From: Eledone cirrhosa
Lineage: Eukaryota
Direction: 5' to 3'
Assembly (NCBI GenBank): GCA_964016885.1
Contig: OZ024740.1
Location: 352,036,001-352,100,000, forward strand
DNA length: 64,000 bases
Shown: in pieces, positions 48,171-61,221 of the stretch
How positions within the stretch are numbered: position 1 is the first letter of the stretch
Layout of the letters: each line of letters starts with the position of its first letter
Program-made: the position numbers and the translations under genes
The notes under the pieces: model-generated
The model's input: the letters and a program-made list of their open reading frames with translations, nothing else
Told to the model about the DNA's origin: nothing
Databases searched by the model: none

Positions 48171-48949
48171 GATTGTGGATTTGGCAGAGAGATTAACGCA
48201 TTGGATATTTGTTCTGGATCTCTATGTACAGAGTTCAAATCCTGCAGAGATCCACACACTAACGTATTACCCATCAAAAGTGATGAAATTTATAGTTAAA
48301 ATATATAAATATTGATTTAATAAGTCTTTGATTGCAACATTCTATGTAAAGATGTTTGAATCCTTCCTTATCTTTGACCTTGTCCCTCCGACTATCACCA
48401 CATTTCACTTCATATTAATCTAAATCAATCATAATGATTCTTTTCTTTAAACATATATCAAACATATATCCACTAAATTATGATGACTTTGTTCTACCTA
48501 TCTATCTTCATACTTCCATTGGGATTCTTGCTTTAATGTTGTTGTTACTGTTGTTCTTGTCCAAAGATAGATACATTGAGAAAGAAAGGTGGTTAGGTAG
48601 GTAGGTAGATAAAAAGGTAAAGAGAGACAGACAGAGAGATAAAGAGATAGACAGACAAAGAGACAGACAAAGAGACAGACAGACAAATAGATATTGCTTT
48701 TAGCGGCTGAGTATAGATATTCAGGGACATAGCCATGAGTCACTAAATCTCTCTCAATGGCACACACACACACACACACACACACATCCATATATACAAG
48801 TAGATAGCTACAGATAGCTGCTGCCATACTACTGACTAGAAAGTGAATATGTCTTATCAACACTGTGTGATAAAGAGAGATATGAAAGAAGATATCACAG
48901 CATGTACATTCACGCGATCTTGGGTTTTATTATAAAAGATATATATAAA

Positions 48950-49690
48950 ATTGCATCCATCGGTCTTGAAAGACCATGGATATGCACCGGGAGAATTTTG
49001 TTTCAGCTGTTGATGGTGGCGCAGTGTCTTGTGGCTGTATAGGCCCAAACAGGAGTGGCAGACTGCATTTGAAGATGCTCTCTTTCAGTGTTATTGTATT
49101 GTCTTTCCTTTGAGAACACTTTTCCTCAGTAACAAGCTTCAGTTTCCCTTATCTTCACAACTTCTTCCCATCTCTGGACGTCCAGATCTATCAGTGCCGG
49201 ATTTAGATTTGATCAGGCCCTAAGCTATTTGAGATAATGGGGCCCTTTATATGTCATAAAAACTGCAAAACGTTCAATATTAAAGCAGAAAACTGTTTAA
49301 AACTATTGCATTATTTTAGTTCTTTTTTATCTTATATTTTGGAAATGTACACACCGTTTTTTTTTTCAATTTTTTCGGGGCCCCAAGAAAGTAGGAGCCC
49401 TAAGCTATAGCTTGTTTAGCTTATACGTAAATCCGGCCCTGAGATCTATTGACATCATGTCCCTCTTGCAGACATCTTTGAAACAAAGATATGGTCATCC
49501 TCATGCTCTCTTGTCAGTGGCCAGTTCTCCATACAGTAAGTCTTTTGGTATCATCTCATTTGGCATATGATGTACATGACCGCCAATGCATTGCTGGAGC
49601 AGAGTGAATAGGCTGAGTACTTTGGCACAGTTGAAGCATTTGGTGTTGGTGACATGATCAGTCCACTTGATGTCTAGAGTGCATTTCAGG
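48950..49690 (-). mobile_element. Degenerate BovB-like RTE 3' end, interrupted by a MITE
   Basis: LDIKWTDHVTNT...GHVHHM...IPKDLLYGELAT...FKDVCKRDM, then CHSCLGLYSH (zinc-finger remnant) and a 3' hairpin CATGGTCTTTCAAGACCGATGG. Confidence 0.75.
49192..49441. mobile_element. hAT-type MITE with perfect 8-bp TSD
   Basis: TIR CAGTGCCGGATTTA / TAAATCCGGCCCTG. TSD AGATCTAT at 49184-49191 and 49442-49449. Confidence 0.9.
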
Positions 49691-51644
49691 CTATGAAGGT
49701 GGAAGGCATTGAGATGCTGCTCCTATCTGGAGTAAAGACTCCATGTCTCACTGTCATAAAGTAGTGTTCTGACGGTGCATGCCCTGTAAGCTGTAATTTT
49801 GGTGTTTGTGGTATATACACACACATATATATCAACCAGAGACAATGTTTCATCATCATTATCATAGTACAACATCTATTTTCCATGCTAGCATGGGTTA
49901 GGCGGTTTAATCATATATATATATATATATATTATATATACATATACATGTGTATGTGTATAGTTGGCATTAGGAAGGACATTCAGTTATATAAACAATG
50001 ATAAAACTGGTATAAATGTAAATGTAACATGGTTGCCAGCTTATTTAGGATGACAGTAACTAATTAAGTACTGACTTGGCTTGTGACAATCCATCCAACC
50101 CATGACAGCATGGAAAAATTGACATTAAATGATAATGATGCATGTATGCATGCATACATGTATGCATGCATATATATATATGTATGTATGCAAGTATGTA
50201 TGCATGTATGTATGCATGGGCATGTATATATGTATCCATGTGCATGTATATATGTATTTGCATACATATTACTAATTGCCTCTAGTTTTAATATATGCAT
50301 AATTACCATTGTAGACACATATATATACATGCATGTGTATATGAGTTTATGAACACATACACAGAATTTAGTTAGTTAAATCTACATAAATAATAGACAG
50401 TGAGAGAAAAAGAATGTGTGTGTGACATGTGTGTGGGCAGGCCACGTGGATGTGTGTGCAGGCACGTGTGTGTGTGTGTGTGTGCAGGCAGGTGCACATG
50501 TGTGTGTACCATTATAGAGATTTGAGATAAATGTGTGGCTTGGAGAAAGATATAGAAAGAATACAAGATAGAAAAGAGGAAAAGAAATAAAGAATGCCAA
50601 AGACATGAAACAAAAGAAAGAAGCAAACAAATGGTAGTGGGGAAAGAAAGAATATGGAAGAAAGACAAAGGAAAGAGAGAAGACAGAGGAGTGGGAAGAA
50701 AGAGAGAAGACAGAGGAAATAAAAAAAACTAAGAATGTAAAAATGGTTGCAAAAAGAAACTAAAATAAAAAAAGAAAGGAAAAAATAGAGTGAAATAACG
50801 ACACCACCGCCAACACCAATACAACCAACAACAACACCCCCTGTCAACAATAATAACACTACTGCTAACACCACCACCCCAACAACAACAACAACAACAA
50901 CAACAATACTGCCAACAACAGCAGCACAACCCTACTACTGTCCCCCAACAACACCAACACTACTGCTAACAACTGACAACAACTACAATAACAACAATAA
51001 TTAATACAAGTGAACTGAATCAAAATACTCCACCCAATTTAATATAAAGTATAACCCCACCCTGGCTGCCAAAATAACACCTCTGCCTTCCTACCCTGGG
51101 GGGATATATTAACCCAACTGGGACTTAACTCCCCTCATGTATCTGAGCCTGCTTGCGGTGGTGGTGATAGTGGTGGTGAAGCAGGGTGGTGGAGATGAAA
51201 CATGGGGTTTTGAGGCACTGCGGAATAGTTAGGGGTAGTGGAGATGATGTAGGGGAAGTCATTAACTATACTTTCTTAAAACAAAAAGAAGTTTTGTCAA
51301 AAGGAATAACAACAAATATATTTGCATACATTTACATAAATACATAAACAGCTATGATATATAATCTATAATCACACACACATATATAAACACACACACA
51401 TAAACACACACATATATACACACACATATACATACATACATATATGTATATATATAAATGCACACATTTACATACAAACACAGAAGAAACTATCTTTGAT
51501 TACATATGATGGTCAATTCATCCTCATGCCTGTGGTGTGTGTAGTTCTGTGTGTGTGTGTATATAGGCCATAATTTAAAAGACCTGTCCACCAGTACATG
51601 TGCTACAACACTGAAAATAAACATAATGAGAGACAGAGGGCTAC

Positions 51645-51930
51645 ATCATCATCACCTTTTTACGTCCATTTTTTTGCACTAGCATGGATTAGATGAGTTG
51701 TCCTGTTGTGGGCAATGCTAGGTCAGGTGATCATGTCTTGCTCATACATAACTGATTTTAGCTTGGTTTCTACAGCTGGATGCTCTTCCTAACATCAACC
51801 ACATATACAGTGAGTACTGGATGCCTTTTGTCATGATGCCTACATGACCACTTAACAGTGTGGACCGGGTGCTTTTTGTTGTGACATCTACACTACCACT
51901 TTACAGTAGGGCATACTGTATATATGCTAC
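51645..51930 (-). mobile_element. Solo RTE 3'UTR/tail
   Basis: Aligns with 15357-15670. Confidence 0.75.
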
Positions 51931-52318
51931 AGTATTTGGCAATTGAACAGAGACAATAAAGAGTCTAAGAGGACTCTTCAGGTTGGACAATTGTGTGGCA
52001 ACCTCTCTACTACTGGTGTCACAATAATATGCACCCAATCCATCCTATAAAGTAGTAGTGTTGGTATCATAATAAAATACATCCAATCCATTTTGTAAAA
52101 TGGTAGTGCTGATGCCATAGAAAACTCACCTAGTACACTCTAATGTAGTTGGCATTAGGAAGGGCAAGCAGATGTAAAAACCATGCCAATTATGAAACAT
52201 GAGCAAAATGAGGTCACTCTAACCCATGTGATCCTGTACCATGGCAATTCATCCAACCCAAACGAGCATGGAAAGCAGACAAAAATGATGATAATGTGTG
52301 TTTGTATATATATATATA

Positions 52319-52639
52319 AGAGCAATGGCCTTGCAATCGAAAGGCTGCGAGTTCAATTCTCAGACCAGGTGATGTGTTGTTTTCCTTGAACAAGACACTT
52401 TATTTTACATTGCTCCAGTTTACTCAGGTGTAGAAATGAGATGATAGGGACTGGGGTCCATATCATTCCACTGCAAAGTGGTCGTGGAGGTGCCACGGCA
52501 AAAAAGCACCCAGCACTCACTGTAAATAAGGTTGTTGTTAGGAAAGGCATCCAGCTGTAGAAATCAAGCCAGAATCAGTTCCCGTCCCACCCTTGCAAGC
52601 AGGGAAAAGCGGACGTAAAAGGATGATGATGATGATGAT
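52319..52639 (+). mobile_element. SINE family B, slightly 5'-truncated
   Basis: Reverse complement of 22734-23060; (GAT)n tail. Confidence 0.85.
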
Positions 52640-52860
52640 ATATCATCACTATTTTACATCCATTTTTACATGCTGGCGTGGTTGTGTGTATATATATATA
52701 TTAAGAAAAACAATGAAGTTTCATTTACATGTATTTAGTTTTTTATTGTGTATTTCATAGTAGATTGGCTCAGGGTCACCCATAGAGGTTGTGAATCTGA
52801 CTCCATTATCGATCTACTTTTCAGACTGGCAACCCAACCAAAAAATATAGTGTTTTATAT

Positions 52861-52904
<44 letters not shown>

Positions 52905-53454
52905 CGGGGGAAAGCGATCTTGGTACATAAAACAGAGTATATAATTCTTTTTTATTTTTCTATTCGTGTAGGAATGTTGACTATAGTTGTCTGACAATGT
53001 GAGAGAGAGAGATGACCGAAGAAATGTAAGAACTGCCTACTAGAATCGATTGCATATTAGACAACTACATAGACCACTACACTAAGATGGTCTGACAACT
53101 TTTCATTAAAATATCTAAACTATTACGTGTGTGCGTGACAATGTTTATGTATGTTTTATACACTGGTTGTTAAACCCAGTGTTGTATCTATGTCGTAGGA
53201 CTTTATGTTCCATAACTTAGCAGTAAAAATATGTATCAGGTTGTAATAAGTACTGGAATAGATATGATCAACTATGAGGTGTGTCAGAAAAGTAATAGGA
53301 TTTTGTATGATGTGTGAGCTATGACTGGGGTAAGGATTAGCAGGTTGTGTCACCATGTGACATTATATCCAGACAGTATATAATTGTGATCTCAGCTCTC
53401 TGCAGCCATTGTATGTTTTTTCATGTGTTTTTGTTAACAACTCCTCAATCTTAG

Positions 53455-53660
53455 ACTGTTGAGTGATGGACAAAATGCAACAAACCCAACCTGAAGTTTC
53501 TGGTTCAGCTAGGGAAAACTCCATCAGAAGAACTCAGAATACTGCAGCAAGTGTACAAAGATAAGACAATGTCATGTTCATGGGTTTTCAAGTGGCACAA
53601 AAAGTTCAAAGAGGGATACGAGGACATAAAAGACAACCCCAGGACAAGCAGGTGTATGAC
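53455..53660 (+). mobile_element. Mariner transposase N-terminal (HTH) pseudogene fragment
   Basis: NLKFLVQLGKTPSEELRILQQVYKDKTMSCSWVFKWHKKFKEGYEDIKDNPRTSR. Confidence 0.8.
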
Positions 53661-54489
53661 AGCTTGATGGAGAAACATACCTAAAGAGTGTAACAACTAA
53701 GGTACGTGGCACCTAGAAATTTTTCACATGTACACAGTTCTCATTCAATTAGGCAGCATGGTCAATGATAATGATGTATCAGCCCTTGCATTCTATAAAG
53801 AGTTAGTAGTGGGTAAGTGTGTCAATGTTTTCTGGGGTTCAATGAAAACAAATAGAGGACTTTCAGCCTAGGGAACTATGGACAATTTTCAGAAATCTCT
53901 GACCTCACAGTATTACTAGTGGTCATTACCAGTTTGGAATAAACTCTGTAGACATGGTAACACAGTCAACAAAGCCTATTCAAGATCCACTCAGGGAAAC
54001 AAAACTGTTCTGTATGTAACCCAAGAGTTCCAGACTTGTGAAGTTATGTGAAATATTTGTTGTCATAGAAGGGACAAATCTAACAAGCAGGCAAGTCGAC
54101 CATGAGGATTGCTTCATGCACTTTTGGGGTTGGAAGCAGCAGGGAGTTTCCCTTTGTATAATGACCGCGGCAAAAAACATTCTACACTGAACAAGATTGA
54201 AAAACCTGGATACAAATACTTTCCTGTTCAGCCAAGACCTTGTCAACCACTTCAGGTGGAAGAAAAAGAGGGGTGGTGGAGAGGAGAGTGAAAGTGAGGA
54301 GTAAACCTTACAGCAACGATATTCTGTGTTAATAAGAAATGTGTACAACTACATCCCAAGAATAATGTCATTGTTAATTAAATGCACCATGATACTAAGA
54401 GTGACATCCACACCCATATATACACAACATCAATAAATTCAAGCCAATGAGAAACGTTCTTACACAGCCTGTAGATCAAATAGATCAGA

Positions 54490-55370
54490 GTAATAATGGT
54501 TTCTACTTTTTGGCACAAGGCCAGCAGCTACCCAGTGCATTACTGGTACTTTATTTTATCGACCCCGTAAGGATGAAAGGCAAAGTTAACCTCGGTGGGA
54601 TTTGAACTCAGAATGGCAAGGGCCGTAACTCTATGCGTCAAAGCATAGAGTAATAATGGGTTCTACAATAGGTCACAAGCCTCAAACAATGAATGGCAGA
54701 TGTAGTCAGTTATAATGATTTCAGTATTTGACTGGTATTATTTTATTAACCAAGCAGACTGGCAGTATCAGTAGATCGTCAAACAACATGCTTTGCGGCA
54801 TAGGGTTACGGCCCTTTACGTTCCAAGTTCAAATCCCACCGAGGTTAGCTTTGCCTTTCATCTTTACGGGGTTGATAAAATAAAGTACCGGTGATGCACT
54901 GGGGTCAATTTAATCGACTCCCCCCCCCCACACACACACACACAAATTGCTGGCCTTGTGCCTAAAAGTAGAAACAATTACTTTATTAACGAAGTATAGA
55001 TGAAAAGTAACATTAACCTTATGATTTGAACTCAGAACATAAAGAGACCATAAGTGCTATTGATGCTCTACCAATTCTCCTTTAATGATAATTGTTTCTA
55101 CTTTTGGTATAAGGCCAGCAATTTGAAAGGAAGGGGGAAATCAATTAAATCTACCCCAGTACTTTACTGGTACTATATTTTATTGACCCCGTAAGAATGA
55201 AAGGCAACGCCAACTTCAGCATGATTTGAACTCAGTACGTAAAGGGCCATAACTAAATGCTATAAAGTATTTCCACCAGCCTCGTGGTTTCTAATGTTAG
55301 TACAAGGCCAGCAATTTTGAGAAGAGATTATATCAACCCTAGTACTTGAAAGGTAAAGTTGGCCTCACCA
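54490..55370. mobile_element. Cluster of at least four SINE family A copies in both orientations
   Basis: Copies at about 54500-54645 (-, flanked by AGAGTAATAAT repeats), 54755-54978 (+), 55095-55265 (-), plus fragments. Confidence 0.8.
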
Positions 55371-55653
55371 GGATAATAATAGTAATAACAACAATAGTAA
55401 TAAGGACTATGATTTTCTTGGGGGGGGGGGGCTATTGTTTTTATTAGGGAGTGGTATTGTTGTTGTTTTTTTGCTTGGTTGGGTGCAAGTTGTCGGGTTC
55501 AACTGCCAGACAGATGAGTCTGGAAATTCTTGGCAGACTGCATTTGGTTTATCTTGCATTCTTTAGAAATTCACAACCTGCTAGATAGATATAGCAATTC
55601 AAAAAAAGCATATTACTCTGCTTATTAATTCTATGTGTGTATGAGTGCATGTG

Positions 55654-55703
<50 letters not shown>

Positions 55704-56856
55704 GTATGTATATATATATATATACATAATATATATATATATACACACACACATACATATATTCATACATACATTTATATTGTGCGTGTATCTATATATA
55801 TACATATGTATGTGAGTGAACATGTGTGTATGTACTTTTGTTTATCTTTATGTTAGAATGTGCAAGCATTTTCCATGGTTGAATTTATACAAAGCAAATG
55901 TGATATTTATATCTTTGATATATTTATATAATTTCAGAACAACACAATTCACCAATCTTCAAGTCAACCACCCAATAACTATGAGAGTTTAAGTGTAACT
56001 TTCATTTTATTGAACCAATGAAGGAACAGCTATATGGTGTGCAAGAAATTGCAACCAAATCTCCTTCAAATCTATCTGTACCATCTTATAAAAGAAAGTG
56101 TGGCACATTCAATAATGTAGTCTTAGTTAAACTATACTTCGAAGAAAAAAGAAGAAAAATGGTGGGAAAGCCATGTCTGGAATGCCTTTGATTATAGGTA
56201 TTGCACAATCAGGGGCTAAACAACAACAACCTTAAACCTTCCATAACCATATTTCTAATGAAATATACTGTATTTCAATTAATTAATGAAGATAAGTAGA
56301 GTGTGGTGATAGTAGTATTAACAGCAACACTACCAAAAACATTGTTCTTATATGGAATTGTGTTGGAAGATTTTAATTTAAATAGGAACATTTTGAAATA
56401 GATGGTTTTGTTTCATAGAACCAGAGCTTATTTTAATCAGGCTGGTATCAAAAGAGTTAAATGCTTTGAAATTAAATCCAAGAAGAACGTTAATTGTTAT
56501 GCCTTAAACATGCTTTACAAACACTTACAACAGTCAAAATAATGGGTGTTACTTTCTATAAAGCACTCATTAAGAAAAATACAACACAAAAGAATACATG
56601 TTTAACAAGTAGAGAATCATTGTTAACAGTTAATTCTCTACAACAGTGATGTAACTTACTCTCTTATCACCACTTTGTAATGAAATTAGCCTTGACATAA
56701 ATATTCCAAAAACCCTGATAACTTTCAATTGTGCAACAAGGGAGTGAGTTTTAGGGGTCACTGTAAAAATGGCTGAACAAGCAATTAGCATTTTATAGAT
56801 TCATAATGACACAATGCCATGGCTATTGTGGAAAATAGTCAGATATTCTGGTCAGT

Positions 56857-57082
56857 TTAACCCTTTAGAATTTACATTACTCTATATTTACTATTATATT
56901 TTCATGGTAAAGGCTTTACCTCACATAATTATCTCACATAATATTGGATCTATGATATTCTGATATTTATTTTGGGAACAATACCGTAACATCAGTATGA
57001 GCAGCCAGTTACAACCAGTTTGAACAGAAAGAAGTGAGAGGATTCTGGCGGGATATAGCCAGTTTAAATGCGAAAAGGTTAA
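56857..57082 (-). mobile_element. piggyBac-like MITE family B
   Basis: TTAACCCTTTAG ... GAAAAGGTTAA. Confidence 0.65.
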
Positions 57083-57420
57083 CAAAGCTTACTGTAGTCA
57101 GAATTTATTCAAGCGAGGCCAAATGCTAATCATCATAGTCATCACATCACCAACACCCTCATCATTTGCTGTCCACTCTCCCAGACAGCAACGGCTGTAT
57201 GAGTCATCCCAGATCAAGTCAGTACTTAATCAGAGCTACTGACCTCTCAGATGGGCTGGGGGCTGTATTTTTATCATAGCACCAACACTAGGGAGGTTTG
57301 TTGTTATTGACTCAACTGAAGAGCACTCCCTACCCTATAGGAGTGGATTATGAAGTATGGCATGGGTAATAGACAATGGATGGGGGATGACAAGTATAAT
57401 GTCAAGAGTGTATGAAGAGT

Positions 57421-57755
57421 GTGGTGGGGGAGGGAATGTATGTCATGGGTATATGATGGGTGTGGTGGGGGAGGGAATGTATGTCATGGGTATATGATGG
57501 GTGTGGTGGGGGAGGGAATGTATGTCATGGGTATATGATGGGTGTGGTGGGGGAGGGAATGTATGTCATGGGTATATGATGGGTGTGGTGGGGGAGGGAA
57601 TGTATGTCATGGGTATATGATGGGTGTGGTGGGGGAGGGAATGTATGTCATGGGTATATGATGGGTGTGGTAGGGGAGGGAATGTATGTCATGGGTATAT
57701 GATGGGTGTGGTAGGGGAGGGAATGTATGTCATGGGTATATGATGGGTGTGGTGG
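57421..57755. repeat. 41-bp minisatellite x8 GTGGTGGGGGAGGGAATGTATGTCATGGGTATATGATGGGT
   Basis: Near-perfect tandem copies. Confidence 0.95.
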
Positions 57756-58344
57756 AATTTGACAAGGTGATGAGACTGGGGGGGGGGGGGCAATCAAGGA
57801 ATACAATTGTGTTATTTAAAGGATATTTGGTTGTTATTTCCAGAAGGTCAAGTAACCATATGGAGGTTCTCTCACTGATATAAACACCATTTCATTTGAT
57901 CTGGAGAGGTGGCCAAGATCTTGTCAATGGGTTGATATTTGTCAATTCAAAATCATTTTAAAATGTACAACATTCACTACCCACACACAAGGAGTTCAAT
58001 TCCAAACTTTGATATAAAACATTATTCATACACAAAAATAAAAATGCACTGTGTTGTGCATAATGTGAGATTGATGATGCATTGCTGGGATGATTTGGTT
58101 GCTGTTTGGTTTTAAATTTAGTTGAGTTGTAGTTTGGGTAAATTGAGTTAAGAACATGGGGTTAGCACACTGGAAAACTTCTCAGCAAAATTTCATTCCA
58201 TACCTGAGGTAGAAGATACAAGCTGAAACCAAGTCAGAAACTGTTCTGCGTGAACAAGTTATGGTCATCTGACCTGACTCACAACAGGATAACTCATCTA
58301 ACTAATACTAGTGTGGCAGAATGAACATTAAATGGTAATGATGG

Positions 58345-58375
<31 letters not shown>

Positions 58376-58494
58376 AAAAATGGACAGAGAAAACATATGC
58401 ATGATTGTCTTTAGTTCATCAAATATTGGATTTGAATCTACATTCAAATCTTTGGACAATTTCTGGAAATCACAAGGTTAACAATTCAATAGAG

Positions 58495-59159
58495 CAGCAG
58501 TCCCCAACCACTGCACAGAAACAATAAAAATCTTTTTTTTCCCATTTTACTGACTATCGCAATCTACCAGATATTTTATTTTGGAAGATAACAATATCCT
58601 GTCTTTTTGAAGCAGGGTTTTCTGTTATGACACCAACTAAAAGAAGACTACGGAGTAGACTGAACACAAGGAACACACTTGAGGTGACACTGTCTCCCAT
58701 CATCCCTAGATGAGACCCATCTAGTTGCAGGCAAACAAGCTCAGGGCATCCAATGATTCTGCATTATGTTAAATTGTGTCACATTTACAGTATAAATGGA
58801 ATAATTAACTTAATAATGATTTTACTATAGACACAAGGCCAGCAATTTTGGGGAGGAGAAAGTCGATTAAATCGACCTCAGTGCATTACTGGTACTTTAT
58901 TTTATCGACCCCGTAAGGATAAAAGGCAAAGCTAACCTCGGCGGGATTTGAACTCAGAACTATGCTGCTAAGCATGTTGTCCAAGGTTCTGCCCTTTCAG
59001 CACCCTAATAATTAACTTAATAATAGTATTATATAATATATACTTTATTGTTTGTATTTTGTTATGCCGATGTCTGACACTGACCGCCACCCCTCTAGTT
59101 GGTGGAGAAACTACATTGCATGACACTGGTCCATGGTACTAAAAGGTTGGGGACTGCTA
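58495..59159 (+). mobile_element. hAT/Charlie (MER1/Charlie3-like) internal-deletion derivative
   Basis: TIR CAGCAGTCCCCAACC / GGTTGGGGACTGCTA and TSD CAATAGAG/CAATAGTG. Retains the transposase C-terminus LFEAGFSVMTPTKRRLRSRLN...LVAGKQAQG. Confidence 0.85.
58818..59006 (-). mobile_element. SINE family A nested in the hAT element
   Basis: 18-bp TSD AATAATTAACTTAATAAT at 58800-58817 and 59007-59024. Confidence 0.88.
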
Positions 59160-59429
59160 CAATAGTGGTTGTGTTTGAAATTACGCTGAAAAGACTACCA
59201 AAATGAAAAGAAGAGACCTGAAGAAGCCATTGAAATGGGCCACCAATCTGCTACTAAGGACTGGATGTATTAGCAGGAAACAACTTGACTTTAGAGACCT
59301 TCAAGAAAACCATCGTTTCCAATGCCAATTAGCCCTAACAACATAAGTGAAACAATGATTATCTAACAGTTATTTGGCACTTAGAATCTCTAAGAGGATT
59401 TGTTTGTAAAGGAAAATGGTTGGGCAGTA

Positions 59430-60040
59430 ACAGTGGCAGTGGTGTTACTGCTGGTCAGGGTGGTGTTGGTGGTGGTGTAGTGAGTTGAGGTGGTATAGAG
59501 GGTGGTGGTGTAGTGACTGGTGGTGGTGGTGGTGGTGGTGGTGGTGTAGTGGCTGGTGGTGATGGTGGTGGTGTAGTGAGTGGAGGTGGTATAGAGAGTG
59601 GTGGTGATGGTGGTGGTGTAGTGACTGGTGGTGGTGGTGGCGGTGGTGTAGTGGCTGGTGGTGATGGAGGTGTTACTGCTGGTCGCGGTGGTGGTGGCGG
59701 TGTAGTGGCTGGTGGTGATGGTGGTGGTGTAGTGAGTGGAGGTGGTATAGAGGGTGGTGTAGTGACTGGTGGTGGTGGTGGTGTAGTGGCTGGTGGTGAT
59801 GGAGGTGTTACTGCTGGTCGCGGTGGTGGTGGCGGTGTAGTGGCTGGTGGTGATGGTGTAGTGAGTGGAGGTGGTATAGAGGGTGGTGTAGTGACTGGTG
59901 GTGGTGGTGGTGTAGTCAGTGGAGGTGGTGGTACTGCTACTGCTGCTGGTGGAGGTGAAGTGGGTGATGGTGGTGGTGGAGTGACTGGTGATGATGGGAA
60001 TGGTGTAGTGTGTGGAGGTGGTGATGCTGCAGAATATTGT
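59430..60040. repeat. (GGT)n-derived compound repeat with higher-order units
   Basis: Recurring GGTGTAGTGACTGGT / GGTGTAGTGGCTGGT / GAGTGGAGGTGGTATAGAG blocks. Confidence 0.9.
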
Positions 60041-61146
60041 TTATAGTGTTAGGATGAGGTTGTTAGTGATGGTCGGAGTGGGTGATGGAGAGTATAGGGA
60101 TGAGTGGTGTTTATGGGAGGGGCTGTAAGAGGTCATGTGTGAAGTAGTGAGGTGTATCCTATATACTTTATCTCTTTTGTTATGGTTTTTTTTTTTTTTT
60201 TTTTTTTTTGTATTTTTCAATTTTCTTTATTCTGTTTCTTAAGAGAAGGAGGTACCTCCTCGTTGAATATTACAAGTGACATGTGTTATCAACTGTTGCA
60301 GGATTCAAGACAGAGTTTCAAATGACCAATAGAACAATAACCAACAATGTCCTCTCTTATGACTAAATATATATACATATTTATATAAAATGTATTTAAA
60401 TGGACACACACACACCTTTAACTCTTTAGCATTTACATTATATATACTACTTTATTTTCACAATAAAGGCCTTTATCTCACATAATAGTGAATCTATGAG
60501 ATTTTGATATTTATTTTGAGAACAATGCCTTAACATGAGTATGAGTGGCTAGTTACAACCGGTTTGAACAAAAAGAGGTGAGAGAATTCTGGCTGGATAC
60601 AGCCATTTAAGAATGCATAAGAAAAAGAGACAGAGAGACAAAGAATTTTATATATAGAGAGATAGATATATAGATATATATAATTTTATATATAGATAGA
60701 TATATTTAAAAATGGGACAAAGACAGTGAGGCATGGAAACAATAAATGAATGGAAAATAAAAACAAAGAAAATAACATGGAAATCCTGATCATCATCTGT
60801 CTCCCATTATATATTGCAGTTTTGTGTGATTCTGAATAGGACTGTGTTTGATCACAATGGAATGTACAGTGCTAAATCTAACACTGTCAATTCCCTTGTC
60901 TTTAAATTGGATTGCCTTGGAAAAGTAACCTTATTACATAAGATGCTGTCTGATATTGCATGACTGAACCATCATGTAGCCACGATCACCATTGAAATAT
61001 GTATTACAGCTTTGTTAATAAAGGATCTTTAAAAATCTACACTGAACTTCACATTTTCCTCATTCTAAACCCCACCAGATCAGATGACCATGTCTTCCAC
61101 ACACTGGATTAATTTTGGCTTGGTTTCTACAGTTAGATGCTTCCTA

Positions 61147-61221
<75 letters not shown>

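Noticed and set aside
59513-60046. Gly-rich structural-protein-like ORF
   Set aside because: (GGT)n-derived repeat with no ATG start or exon boundaries. A related upstream unit has an in-frame stop.
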